This document shows, in pieces, positions 35,675 to 46,970 of a stretch of DNA of 54,116 nt. The position numbers and the translations under genes were made by a program. The notes under the pieces were generated by a model. It had not been told where the DNA came from, searched no databases, and saw only the letters and a list, made by a program, of their open reading frames with translations. This DNA is from Chromera velia (Eukaryota). The stretch lies in NCBI GenBank assembly GCA_018398765.1, contig JAHBMJ010000205.1:1-54116 (forward strand), read 5' to 3'. The number at the start of each line of letters is the position of its first letter. The stretch's first letter is position 1.

Positions 35675-37371
35675 GACAATGATGCATACAAGCGAATCCC
35701 GATCGCAGAAGTAGACGTCGAGCACCGCCGCTCTGCTGTGCCCACCTATTTTATTGATACCGAGAAACGTGTTGAGAAAGATTCTTGGACGTAGAAGTCA
35801 GACTCTCGAGTCGTTGCTGATGGCACTCCTTTCTTCGACCGCCGTGAAGGAGTCACAACGTCCTGCGCTACCCTTTCCCAGTCTGCCATGCGCATTGCCC
35901 TTGCCATAGCCTTTACGTTTGCTCACTCCGACTTTGACCCCCATGAAATCGTTGTGGCCGATATGAAAACAGCGTACCTCACGGCTCTCTATTCCGATTC
36001 CCTTTATGTTTATCCCCCGAAAGATCACCCAGACCATGGGAAGTTCCTGTGGCTCCTCAACCGTATGCTTTACAGGCTCCGCGACTCTAGAAATTTGTGG
36101 GACCGCTCTCGCAACAAGACGCTCGCAGAAGCAGGGTGGGTGCCTTCCTCTGTTCGAGAAATGTGGTAGAAATGGACGGGTAAGCCTGAGGCCCCCACTT
36201 CCCACCTCCTTGGTATCCTTCCCATGTTTGTTGATGACTTTGCCATCCTGCCCATTGGTCGGTCTGCAGTTTAGCTAGCACGCGAGATTACAGCCAAAGG
36301 AGGTTACCAGATGAAGATCACCAAACCCAAGAACGGAACCCTCCGCTGGGCAGGGGTGGATTTTAATGTATCACGGGACTCCGTGCACATCCACCAAACC
36401 GAGTACCTCCTGTCTCTCCCCCTCCCTAAGGATATAAAGAATTCTGCAGATTCTTCTGCTTCTGTTTCCTCTTTCGTCCCCACTCCCCCTCCTGATTTGT
36501 TCCCCCTCCCCCCATTGTCTTGCAAGCTTCCCTCCGAACCGCCCCGTCTCTTGACAGCCCAGGAAGGAAAAGCCTTTCGTGAAAGGTTAGGGTGTCTTTC
36601 GTAGGTTGTACGAGACACTCGCCCCGACTTGTCATAAGGGTGCAATCAACTAAGCCGTCATTCCTCCGCTCCCACTCACGTCGACGCTGATTATCTCCTT
36701 TTCCTTCAATTCTCCGTTATGCCCGACATACCGCCACCTCCCGCATCCTCCGTATCTCTCGCTCTGACGTCCCTTCCACATCATCCCCCATCTCCACTAA
36801 GTCATGGAGCGATGCCACATTGGGGTCTGCCAGAAATGCGTATCCACAGTCTGGGTGGCTCTTCACTTTGAAGTCTGCCATCCTGCACTGGCGGGCATTT
36901 TCCCAAAAGTGAGTCGCCCAGTCTTCCACTTGAGCTGAACTCTATGCTGCTCATGACCTCGTTAATTTCTTAGAGTGCCTCTTGCCTGTCTTGAGGTGCG
37001 TCTGGAAAGCGGGAGTTACGGCTGAAGTGGAGGTAGACTCCAATGACTTACTGAAGCTGGTTTCCAGTGAGATGCCCCGTCTGACCGAGCATGCCCTCCA
37101 ATCCGTTATAGAGTCACTTCAGCTCTGGATCATCGAAAAATCGCCTGGCACACTCGTTCTGCACACCCTTTCCCTCCGTGATGTGCTGGATGAAGCTTCC
37201 ATCCGCCTTTTGTTCGTTTTTTCCCATTCTAACGTGGCTGACCCTTTGACAAAGCCAATGTTCATTGAGCTTTTACTCCCTTTTTTCACTTCTCACTCCT
37301 CTCCTTCTGTCACGTCGACCCCATCTCCGATTGTCCTGTAAAAAAAAAAAAAAAAAAGAGAAAGGAATGCA

Positions 37372-37672
37372 TGTAATCAGCCACTTATAGAGAGGAGGCG
37401 GGCGTGCATTGGTTGGCCCAACTTGGCCAGTCCCATACTGCTGCGTTGCCTATCAGTGCGGTGGGGCTTGAGATATTACGGAGACGGAGAAAATGTATGC
37501 GTCAATCCATGTTATGAAGTTGCTTAGTGAAACACTCAGGGTGATTCGATAGAACAACTCTCGATCAATGAGAGCAGAAGCCAGACAAACATCTTGCATT
37601 ATTATTCCTGTATAGAGAACCGTGTAAGTGACTAGACTGATGTCTTTGACTGGACCATTCTAGTTCTCTTCA
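37372..37672 (+). repeat. 3' LTR of copia copy 2
   Basis: TG...CA termini followed by TSD AAATG. Confidence 0.95.
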
Positions 37673-39296
37673 AAATGGGCTCCAAAACGTTCAGAAGGCC
37701 AAACTATAGGGGGGGCTTCGCCTTCCTAACCCCCCCCCTTAAAAAGAGTTAACACATCATGAGATTGAGAATAACTTCATCAACGCCTCGTTCTTGGAAA
37801 TTTCATATCAGACGCAAACTGTTAGACTGATGTGTGTGCCAAAATCACCTAAATGTAAGTGAATGCATACAACATTTACAGCAAAACGCAGGCATCCATA
37901 TGCTATTCTGCATTCACAAAGGAACTATGTAGATTTACAGCACAAAGAAGAAAGAAAAAACATGCTACACAGCAAGCAGCTTAGGTTGAACCCTCTTGAG
38001 CGATGTGGTGGTTGATACTCAGTGAGCGGAGTGAAAAGAAAATTGAGGTCAAAGGTCTGATAGTGTGCAGTGGTCTGTATCTTTATCTGTATGTGTGTGC
38101 ATCTCCATAAAAATCAACCAATATGCAAAGCGGCCAGCTGAGACTTCAAAACTGCAATAAATTGGCAGAATACATTCATAATGAGACACTCCTTAGCTTT
38201 CTAGACTTTAGGGAAGCCCTTTCCTTCCTCTGCGGAGCGGGCACAAGTGACAAACTCACCAGTCATTCCAGGGAGGGCAAATCCAGTTCCAAAAAAACAA
38301 AAACAGCACTGTTTACGGTATTAGGAGTTCCTTTTGCACAAATGAAAGCATAAAAGAGACCAAGACAAACACGTTGGACTATAAAGCTTCCTACAGGGAA
38401 ACAGATAGACAGTCCTGGTGTATGTTTTATGATTCATAAGGTGTGAAGACCAAACCGTTGCTGAAAGCTAGGTCAACGTCGAAAAACGAGCAGCGAGTCA
38501 CCAAGTGGTAAGCTTTTATAAAAGATGAGGTCATCAGAGGTATGTTCAGTGGTTGAACATCAATGGTAAAGTGGCAAGCTTCAATGGCAGAGTATGGATG
38601 TCACCAAATGACAGTGACCTCACTCGTGACTGACCTTTCTAAATCTCAGTTCGCTCATGTTAATATCCTGGTCGATCTGGTCACTCCTGAAGCTCCAAGA
38701 TGGCACAAAAAAAAGAGACAACACTATGGAAAGACGATTCTTAGACTACTGTCCTTGAGCTGTTTGGACGTTGGCCAGTGAGGCAACTCTGACAGGGTAA
38801 CAACGGGTTAAGCAACTCTGCATGCTGAGGAGATGAAATTTCTATCCGCCTGATATTTATAATATGCCTATACCTGACCTTGTTTTTTCACCTTCTGGCT
38901 GTTATGATACTTTGATTGTCTAGAAGCGGTTTTGTTCAGAAAACAGAAATGATGAAGCTCTGTTAGATCAGATGTAGTGTATATGCAGTCTTGTTTTGAA
39001 GCCAAGTCGGGTTGTTCTGTATGGCTGCTGAGATGTTGGCCATGCGCATGGAGCTGGTTGGTAACGGTATACGTGTTACTAGCTGGTCCCGCCCGGGCCC
39101 GGTCTTCGAGCACCGAGGCCCGGCCCAGCGCACGCCTTGCCACATAGTAGCCCAGCTATAGTCCTTCACAAGTTCTAAGCAGGCCGATACTAACCAATAC
39201 TCGGCCGCTCGAGAAAGAACCGATAGTCGATACTTCAATACCGATACCGATACAATACAATACAAAATCGATACGATAGCTATCCCTAAATATTGC

Positions 39297-39402
39297 GAAG
39301 TGAGGGTCCATCATTTAGCAACCCGCCTTGCATGTCATGACTTGCCGTACGCTAGACGCCTATTATGGGCCGATGGCGATGGCGTATGATGATGATGATG
39401 AT
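39297..39402 (+). mobile_element. Distal half of the (GAT)n-tailed retroelement 3' end split by the hAT-like insertion (proximal half 26811-26887)
   Basis: Joining 26811-26887 to 39297-39402 rebuilds a homologue of 16398-16586. Confidence 0.85.
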
Positions 39403-39521
39403 AAATCAATGATACATAGAGTAGAATGTATACTGCATGTCTGGCTACATTGTCGCAGATTTGCATAAAATTCTATACTGTTATTTTTTCGCTATCCTGA
39501 TCAAACCAAACAGTCGAAGAG

Positions 39522-39790
39522 CACTTTAAAAAAATAATGGAAAAAATATTTCTCAACAAATTTTTTGGTGAGTTTGATCAATCGTTAAGTGTTATAAAAT
39601 AAAATGCAAAGTGTTTAGAAGTGTTTAAATGATTCCAAATGAGGCAAATAATTGTTCATTAGAGGGACAGCTCTAGCTTGCAATTTTAAATGATCTAAGA
39701 CTTAAGGTGAATATAGACAAAATCACTTTAAAAAAATAGTAGAAAAATTATTTCTCAACAAAATTTTTGGTAAGTTTCATCAATTGTTAA
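39522..39790. repeat. AT-rich ~67-bp direct repeat, period ~202 bp
   Basis: cactttaaaaaaata.t.gaaaaa.tatttctcaacaaa.ttttttggt.agttt.atcaat.gttaa at 39522 and 39724. Confidence 0.8.
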
Positions 39791-40068
39791 ACGATGTCCT
39801 TCAGTCCGGGAAAAACCCACCAACCTCTTGCGTGCATTTTTGAGGGAAGAAAGCTGTAAAACTCAAAATTTGCAACCTCCTCTCTGACTCTTCACGAAAG
39901 GTTTTCTCCCCTGTCGTGTGCAATAAGAACTGGCAACAGAAGAAACGGCTCTGTTATAGAGAGTTGAGACAAAAGCACGTAATCCGAAGTTACGTTGATG
40001 ATTTTGTATAGCTTGTTCTCTCTATCTACAAGGCAGCCTTCTGTGACCTCGTCACCGACGTATCGCGT

Positions 40069-42420
40069 TCAAGCTCGAACAGGGTAAACAAAAGAAAGGA
40101 AAAAAGTGAACAGAAACCCCATCACATTCTGTTTATTGATATTTTTTCTGTTTGATCCCCCCCGACTGATGAAAAACTTTGGAAGCTGGTGCATGCCTTC
40201 AGTTGCCATCGCCCACAAATACCGAAGAGGGCCAAATCGCAAAATCAGGGAAGGGAAATGAGTGTACGCATGAAACTTTGGACGCCGACCTGTTCTATAA
40301 AGGGCCCAGAACAGTCTGAGAAATGTATTAATAAGCCTCTCTAACCAGCCCAGAAGGCAGTGACGAGCAGTTGGCGCAAACAAAAAAGAGAGAATCTGGC
40401 AATGAGCAATAAAACAAGCAAGGTGCTGGTCCGCATGTATGTGTATGGCTCGAGCGGGTGATGCAGCGATGGCCTCATACAGGAGAGCAAGGAAAATTGG
40501 GAAGAAATGCAACATTTTTGAGGCAGTGGTCGAGAAGGATTTTGCCTTTCCATCAACTGCTTGCTCCAGCACTTCTCTGAGTGCATTCGGGCTTTTTGTA
40601 CGAGACCAGTGTACCTTCGCTAACCACGCATTAACATCCAACCCTTCCTTTCTCGTGGTCGACTTCGGTTTCTTAACGCACAGCAGTTTTCCCTCAATCC
40701 CCCACCTGAAAAGAGAAAAGACATGAAAGGAAAGTACCCCCTCTAGAGTAACATACATCAAGTCGATCAAAAAAACAAAAAGAAAATGCACTCCTGAGAA
40801 GTCATACAAGCGCCTCAACGGAGTGCCGCCCTTGATTCCTTTTTGCTTTCGAAACGCCTCCTTCTCTGTTTTGGTGGGGAGACTGTCGACCTTATCGGCT
40901 GCCCATTCGTACTCTTCTGGAGACACCTCCTCACACTGTTTGCATTTCACTGGATTGTCTAACAAATGATGCATAAATTTACAACTGAGGCAACAACGAA
41001 TTGCAGAGGAAATGTCTTTGTGATTCATTGTTAAACAAGCTGCGGGCATGTCAAAAAAAGCAACAAGTAGAGACCCCCTTACCATCCGGTCCCCCCAAAT
41101 CGTTGCCATCGGAATTCTTTTTGCAAGCCTTTGAAAAAAACTCATCAAGTCGTCAAGCAGGGAATCAATACCTGCTTGTAACCCCCCTGGAAGGTCTTTT
41201 AACTGCGGCAGCGCCACAGAGCAGTAGAGAGCCATAAAAGACCAACGAAGCCTTCCGTGAAGGTTTAGGAGTATGAGCTCCCACTGAAGGCATTTGGTTG
41301 CTCCTTTCTGAAGGGGGTTGGAAAGTGTTACATCATCATTCGAAGTTCTGAACCAAACCCACATTTCTTTCAAACTGTCACAAGGGATTGCTTGAACCCG
41401 CTCATCCTCGCGAGCGCGGTTCTTTCTCACATAAAAGTGTGCGGCCAGGTCTGCTGCTTCATCATCAGAGGCACCATCGCTTGCCCCATCATTCACACAC
41501 CCCCCATCCAGCCCGTCCTCTACCTCTTCCTTTTCCTGTTCTTCTTCTTCATTTTCGGACTCTTCCCCCACATCCGTTTCATCTTCAGTTCTTTCTCCTC
41601 TGTCCAGAGCCTCCTGATATTTCTTGATAAGCCTATCCCTAGACCATTCTCTCTGTGGACCACCACAGAGGAGAGGGTGAGTTCTGTACGCATCTGCAGG
41701 AATGAGATACAGGGACAAAAGGAAGAGAATGGTAGAAGGAGGGAGGATGATCGAAGGAGGCGAACGAGAGAAGGCTAAACTCTGAAAGAAGGAAGAAGGG
41801 TAAAAAAAAAAGGAAAGAGGGGAAAATGAGAAGGAAGGTGAGGTGAAGGAAGGTCCGGAAATTGGCGGGAAAAAAGAAAATGATACTTGACTGACCTCCA
41901 TCGAAGCTGCTCTTCATCTCGTCTCCATCGAAATCATCACGTCTCCAAATTCCTTCAGGATTGTGTTGTGATGGGGGAGGTCCGAAGTCCCATACCTCTG
42001 CCACTTGTGGAAGACGCAACAGGTCTCTCAAGAACTGTTCCGTATCTACCACCCAAACACCATTTGAAAGTCTTTTCATTCTTTTCAACACAAACTCCTG
42101 TGTCAAAACCCCCTCTTTTAAGGCAAATCGCTTCGCTGCGTGACCTTCTTTATCTTCAGTAAGCGCGTCTGGAAACAGGCTCTTACCTTGGCTGCCTTCG
42201 TTTTCTATCAGCCTGCTCAATTCGTTCATATCTTGCAAAATGTCTGCAATGCGACAGTAGGAATTGCCCCCAATCCATTTCATTTTTTTCATGATGTCAG
42301 CACGAAGAGAGTTGATCAGAGCATCCCCTCTCATTGTTGGGCGTTGATCCAAATACACTCCATCCCACTCTTCTTCCACATCGTTGGTTTCAAATTGGAT
42401 GGGCCTACCACTCACTTGGG
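40069..42420 (-). CDS. CACTA/EnSpm (Tnp2/Plavaka-like) transposase, spliced (exons ~42420-41896 and 41693-~40069); both ends unresolved
   Basis: A GT-AG intron at 41895-41694 joins SFDG-DAYRTHPLL. Motifs: DDVTLSNPL, LLNL..RLR, FFDMPAA, C..C, IDLMY..LEGV (cf. DxMH), PKFHAYTHFPSLILRFGPLRYLWAMATEGMH (cf. KxH..H...FGP...W...E). Confidence 0.85.
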
Positions 42421-42879
42421 CTGAGGCCTCTGCTTCTTGTCAACCCTTGCAAACAAGCAGGTGGTAATTGAGCTGTTGCGGTACCCGGCAAATCAACGAG
42501 CAAAAAGGGCAAGGGTGAGGCATGGAGATATTCTCCTTCACATACTAGGCAACTGGACCTGGGGGCTGACACTATACCCCCTCCACCACAGAAAATGCGG
42601 CAAAACCCAAGCAAACCGTTTCCAATCGACAAGTATAGAGTTTGCAAAGCACTTGAATCATACAGAGTGCGACAAACATAGGCTACAAGCTCTGAAGGAG
42701 TTGGGATCTGAGTGGACATCTCCAAGCAACAGTAAGAAAAAAACTCAAATGTTGAGATCTCGATCTTGCCATCCCAGAAACTGTTTCTACTCCAAAAAAG
42801 TACAGGCATCAGCAACACTGAAGTCAACTAAGAAGGTTGTGGGGTTATATTGTTTATCTGTGTATGTTTGCCTCCATGC

Positions 42880-45800
42880 CAGAAACAGGAGGGCAGGAGG
42901 GCTCAATGCCAGAAAAAGGTCAGGCATTGAGCCCATGGTTCGTCCATGGCCCATGGGCCCCGGCATTGACGATGCCGGGCCCGCAGTGTGTATATAGCAG
43001 CAGCAAACTATGGTCAAGTGCCTCTGCTTGGAAGGCCCCAAGGAAAGCCGCTCTCACAGATTTTTCAAATGCTCCATGGAAGGAATTGGGGAAGGCAAGA
43101 GAGGGGAGACAGGATGCAGACCGACCATGATGCCAAAGAAGAGACGGAAGACGAAGGAGAAGGGAGGGCCGACATAGAAGCCGAAGAGGAAGAAGAAAGA
43201 GAGAGAAGAGAAGAAGAGGAAGGAGAGCTGTCAGATGGAGGGTCAGACATCGACGACCTCACAGATTTGTTGAAGAGACGGGAATGGGGGGAGGAGCCGC
43301 CGGAGGGGCAGCAAGGTGTCAGACGTAGGGCAGGCAGAGGTGCAGGCTCACAGCCCGCAGTGAGGGTTGCTCTGTCGGCAGAGAGAGCCAGAGAGAGAAT
43401 GGAAAAAGGGGGGGGAGGCAGTGCAAACGGGAAGGAAGAAGAACCAGACGTAACTATCGAAGAATAAGAGGAAAAATAGAAGTTTTAAGACTCCGTAGAC
43501 CTAAAAGCAGAAGCCCTCAACAACCTTGACATCCCAACCAACAAACACATCAGTGCGACCTTCCACCCTACACTGCTCGCCATCCTAGAAGAGTGCACCC
43601 AGAGAATCCAGAGTGATGACCTTGCAGTTGCGGAGTGGGGGTGGAAACTGCTCTTCTATTTTCCATCCCTCTTCCTCAGAGTCGACAGGAAAGGGGGGAA
43701 CGCACTAATAAACGCCTCCCTCGCAGCAAGGAGACGCCGAATCTCAGCCTTCTGGAGGGGGGATTTTGAAGTTCTGGTCTCATCACTGAGATCGGATATT
43801 GTTCAAATGAGAGAGAAGCAACTAGAGAAGAGGAAGGGAAGGAAGCCGTCAAAGCAAACCACAAAAGACAGCATGCGCCGCCATGTCGAGTCCCTCATCA
43901 AAGATGGGGCGCTCTCGAAAGCTGTCTCCTGCCTAGGCTCCTTGAGCATCGCAATGCCAACCATGAAAATATACCGCAAGCTGAAAAAACTTCACTCTCC
44001 TTACAGGACATGATATGAAACTAAGCCCTTTCCCGCAGACCCCCCCCGGCTAGAGCTCACACTAGACTCCCTCCTCTAAGTAGCCCGTTTAGCCGCCCGT
44101 AGCTCTGCACAGGGCATTTCAGGGTAGCACTACAAACACATCCGCTTCTTTCTCCCTGGTGACGGGTTAGAGGGGGGGGCGGGATCGTGTGCCCTTTTTA
44201 CGGTGGCGCAGTGCCTTGTAGCGGGCAATGCCCCTCCGTCCCTCTTCCGCTTGCTAGCAAGCGGGAGGTCTTTTGCCCTTAACAAGGATACGAAAGGAGA
44301 TAAAGTGAGACCGATCACCATCGGGGACATGCTCCAAAGATAGGTGACCAAGGCCATCTTAATTAAGTACGGGGAGAAGTTCGAGGAGCACCTTGGTGCT
44401 CTTCAGTATGCGGTCAGAACTAGCGCAGGGGCAGAGAAAATTTTCCGAGCCGTCCAAACCTGCTTGCAGCTCTGTCTTAACTCCATCTTCCTTTAAATAG
44501 ATGCAAACAATGCGTACAACACCTGTGATAGACAGAAAGCGATGGATCAATTGTGGGAGCATTTCCCTGAGCTCTATCGTTTCTTTTCCCTCTAGTATGG
44601 CACCTCTGTCCCCATTTTCTTTCACAATCAGAAAGACACACTGCGCACGTTCTTGAGTCAAAAAGGGGTACAGTAAAGAGATGTGGCAGGACCGCTTCTT
44701 TTTTGTCTTAGCTTAAAACCGGCACTAGAAAAGTTGCAAAAAAGGCTACACAAGAAGCATGGGAGGGCGGGATGCTTTATAGGTGCATATATGGATGACC
44801 TCTCCCTCATTTTTCCTTCCAGCTCTGCTGATTGTCTGACCTCTGCCTGATCAGATTATGTCGAAATTTTGGGGGAATACACTGGCCTGACGCTCAATCT
44901 GGACAAAGATAAGAGCGCAGCCTTCTCTTCTAGTTGGAGGGGGAAAACCGGGGAAAACGGAGAGGAAGATTCCGCAACAACGTCCATCCCCCGGGATTTG
45001 AGGTGTCAACAGAGGGCTACAAACTGATGGAAGCAGCAGAGGGGGGGGACACGTTTGTCAACAGACTGTTTAAAAAGAAGTTGGGGGAGGCCGCCAAGCT
45101 TCGAAAGCTGGTGGAAGGGTACGGGGACCCCCAGGGCTGCAATCTGCTCTTCAAGTACTGCATCTTCCATAAATTCGTCTACTTAGCCCGAGTGATAGCA
45201 GACAGACTGCACACTAACGTCTGGGAGCGGGCGGATAAGGAGTTGGGGGACTCTTTTACGTGTAGTATGCGTCTGACCCCAGAAAAATGGACCCAAAAGA
45301 AGGAGCAGACCTATCTCTCGTTGTGCCAGGGGGGGTTAGGAATCCCTTTCTTCCGTTATATCGCACCGGCAGCACTAGTAGGCTGCGGTGCGCAAACCCT
45401 CGCCGCAGTCAGAGGCAGGCTTACCGATCAAGGTTTTATAATGCCAATACGATCGGATTTTGCCGGCCTGCATTGGACAAAAAGAGTGGCACAGGCATAT
45501 ATGGACTGCAGAGAGGGGGTACAGAGGGAACTCAGACAGACTCATATTCCCCGGGTATTGCAAAATGAGTGGGGAGAGAGAATTAATGATTTCCTAATTC
45601 ATGAGAGGGGGGAGATGCAGCACTTGATGATTGAAGCCTTCCACCTTGTTCACAAAGAACAAGTTCTGAATGCGCTGTCCCCTCTAGGGAAGGCACGTTT
45701 GAAGTCCTGTTCAGGCATAGGGGCCTCGGCTTGGCTCACTGCGATGCCGTCCTCTGGATTGACAAAAATTTCCCCCACGCTCTTCACCACTGTACACCAC

Positions 45801-46970
45801 CACCGTTCGTCTCCGTCTTGGTCTTCCTATCCCAGAATTCAAACGGAACCCGATCTGTGCTTGTGGGGCCACACTGGACCATGAGGGCCAGCATGCACAG
45901 ACTTGTGGCACGGGGGTGTGTGTGTGGTAGAGACATGAACAGATGAAAGATGCATTCTGCTCTCTTTTGCAGGGGTTCCATCATTACTATGTAATAAGAG
46001 AGCCAACCTTCGGACAGCTAGGTTTGTTCATTCTCACTCGTCTTGTCAATGAGACACAGAAACATCCCGATTTTTTTGCAGGTCTCCCATCAGGAGACAC
46101 CGTACTAGGAGACGTTGCAGTGACCCATCTATTCTCAATTGATGCTAACCGCCTGTGAAGATTCGCAAAAACAGCAAAGTCGGCAGCAAAGGTGATGGAG
46201 AAGGTCAAAAACGACAGGTACGGTAAGATCTGTCATGAAATCGGATTTTAGTTTGTTTTTCTTGTGTTTGAGACATATAAGAGACCAGGAGAGGGGACAA
46301 TTCGTTTTTTGAAAGAGATGGCGATTCGGAAGTTGGGGGCTGGAAGAGTGAGAGGAGGAGAGGGAGACGAGGCAGTGCAGACAAGGCTGATGGACCAGTA
46401 TTATAAAGCTCTTTCCTGCACGCTTCAGTGTTTTGTTGCCGCAAATCTTCTCTGTTCAATTCATAATAGGAGGGGAACCAGAGGGCCCTTCCAGCCTGAG
46501 TGCCTTCTCGGTAGGGAGGTCGCAGCGTTCTCCGGGTCTTTCGACTCGGAGGGCGAAAACTAAGCGATCCTTTGGTGATTAATTCTTTGTATACAAACAA
46601 AAAGGAAAAAAAAAGGGGGGGCAAGCGCATAAGAGGAAAAGAAGAAAAGAAGGTTGAGAAAATAAGGGGTAAATTAATGGGGAGGGTCTCTTTGAAGTTG
46701 TTTTCTGTCGTTAAAGGGTAGCCTTTGTTAAGGGGACAAACTTTTAGAAAGTTTTTACCCTGCTTCTCCCCTCTTTTCGTTGTTCTCCGAGTCCTACTCT
46801 ACCGGCGAGACTACCGCCGCTTGAGAAATAAACCGCAGTAAAAATGATTAATGAGCAGTGTTCCTAGATTCAGAATAGACGGGATGAACCGGAACCTTTT
46901 GATAGACTAGGCTAGATCCATCCCTCATATATGGGGACGCGGCATGTATAACAAAAACCTCAATCAACAA
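42880..46970 (+). mobile_element. CRE-clade non-LTR retrotransposon (RT + restriction-like endonuclease), pseudogenised
   Basis: RT motifs VRPITIGD, QYAV...GAEKI, IDANNAYN, GVQ*RD..GPLLF, GAYMDDL, GGLG; CRE-typical RLKSCSGIGASAWLTAMP; CxC..H..C knuckle (~45860-45910); RLE HPD...DVAVTH...EKVK; 3' UTR ending tcaatcaacaat. Many in-frame stops; 5' boundary approximate. Confidence 0.88.

Larger units (their letters stand above)
28696..37341 (+). pseudogene. copia gag-pol of copy 2, with stops, small indels and two TE insertions
   Basis: ORF fragments 28621-29028, 29451-30713, 30652-31044, 32917-33735, 33814-34239, 35888-36169, 36311-36604 and 36982-37341 match copy 1 peptides. Confidence 0.95.
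28321..37672 (+). mobile_element. Full-length Ty1/copia LTR retrotransposon, copy 2 (same family as copy 1), carrying two insertions
   Basis: 301-bp LTRs at 28321-28621 and 37372-37672; 5-bp TSD AAATG (28316-28320, 37673-37677); PBS TGGTAGCAG at 28622-28630; A tract/PPT at ~37340-37371; colinear with copy 1. Confidence 0.97.
26888..39288. mobile_element. hAT-like DNA transposon (12.4 kb including nested insertions)
   Basis: TIR tagggatagctat / atagctatcccta; perfect 8-bp TSD AATATTGC (26880-26887, 39289-39296); subterminal gtatc/gatac repeats at both ends; it interrupts a repeat that is intact at 16398-16586. Possible decayed transposase pieces at ~38.1-38.8 kb. Confidence 0.9.

Noticed and set aside
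16961..37672. The two copia copies as an assembly artefact or segmental duplication
   Set aside because: They have different TSDs, flanks and LTR lengths, and many private substitutions.
28294..37753. aaagagttaac on both sides of copia copy 2 as ends of a TTAA-type (piggyBac) element
   Set aside because: The match is a short direct repeat and the inverted similarity is too weak to call.
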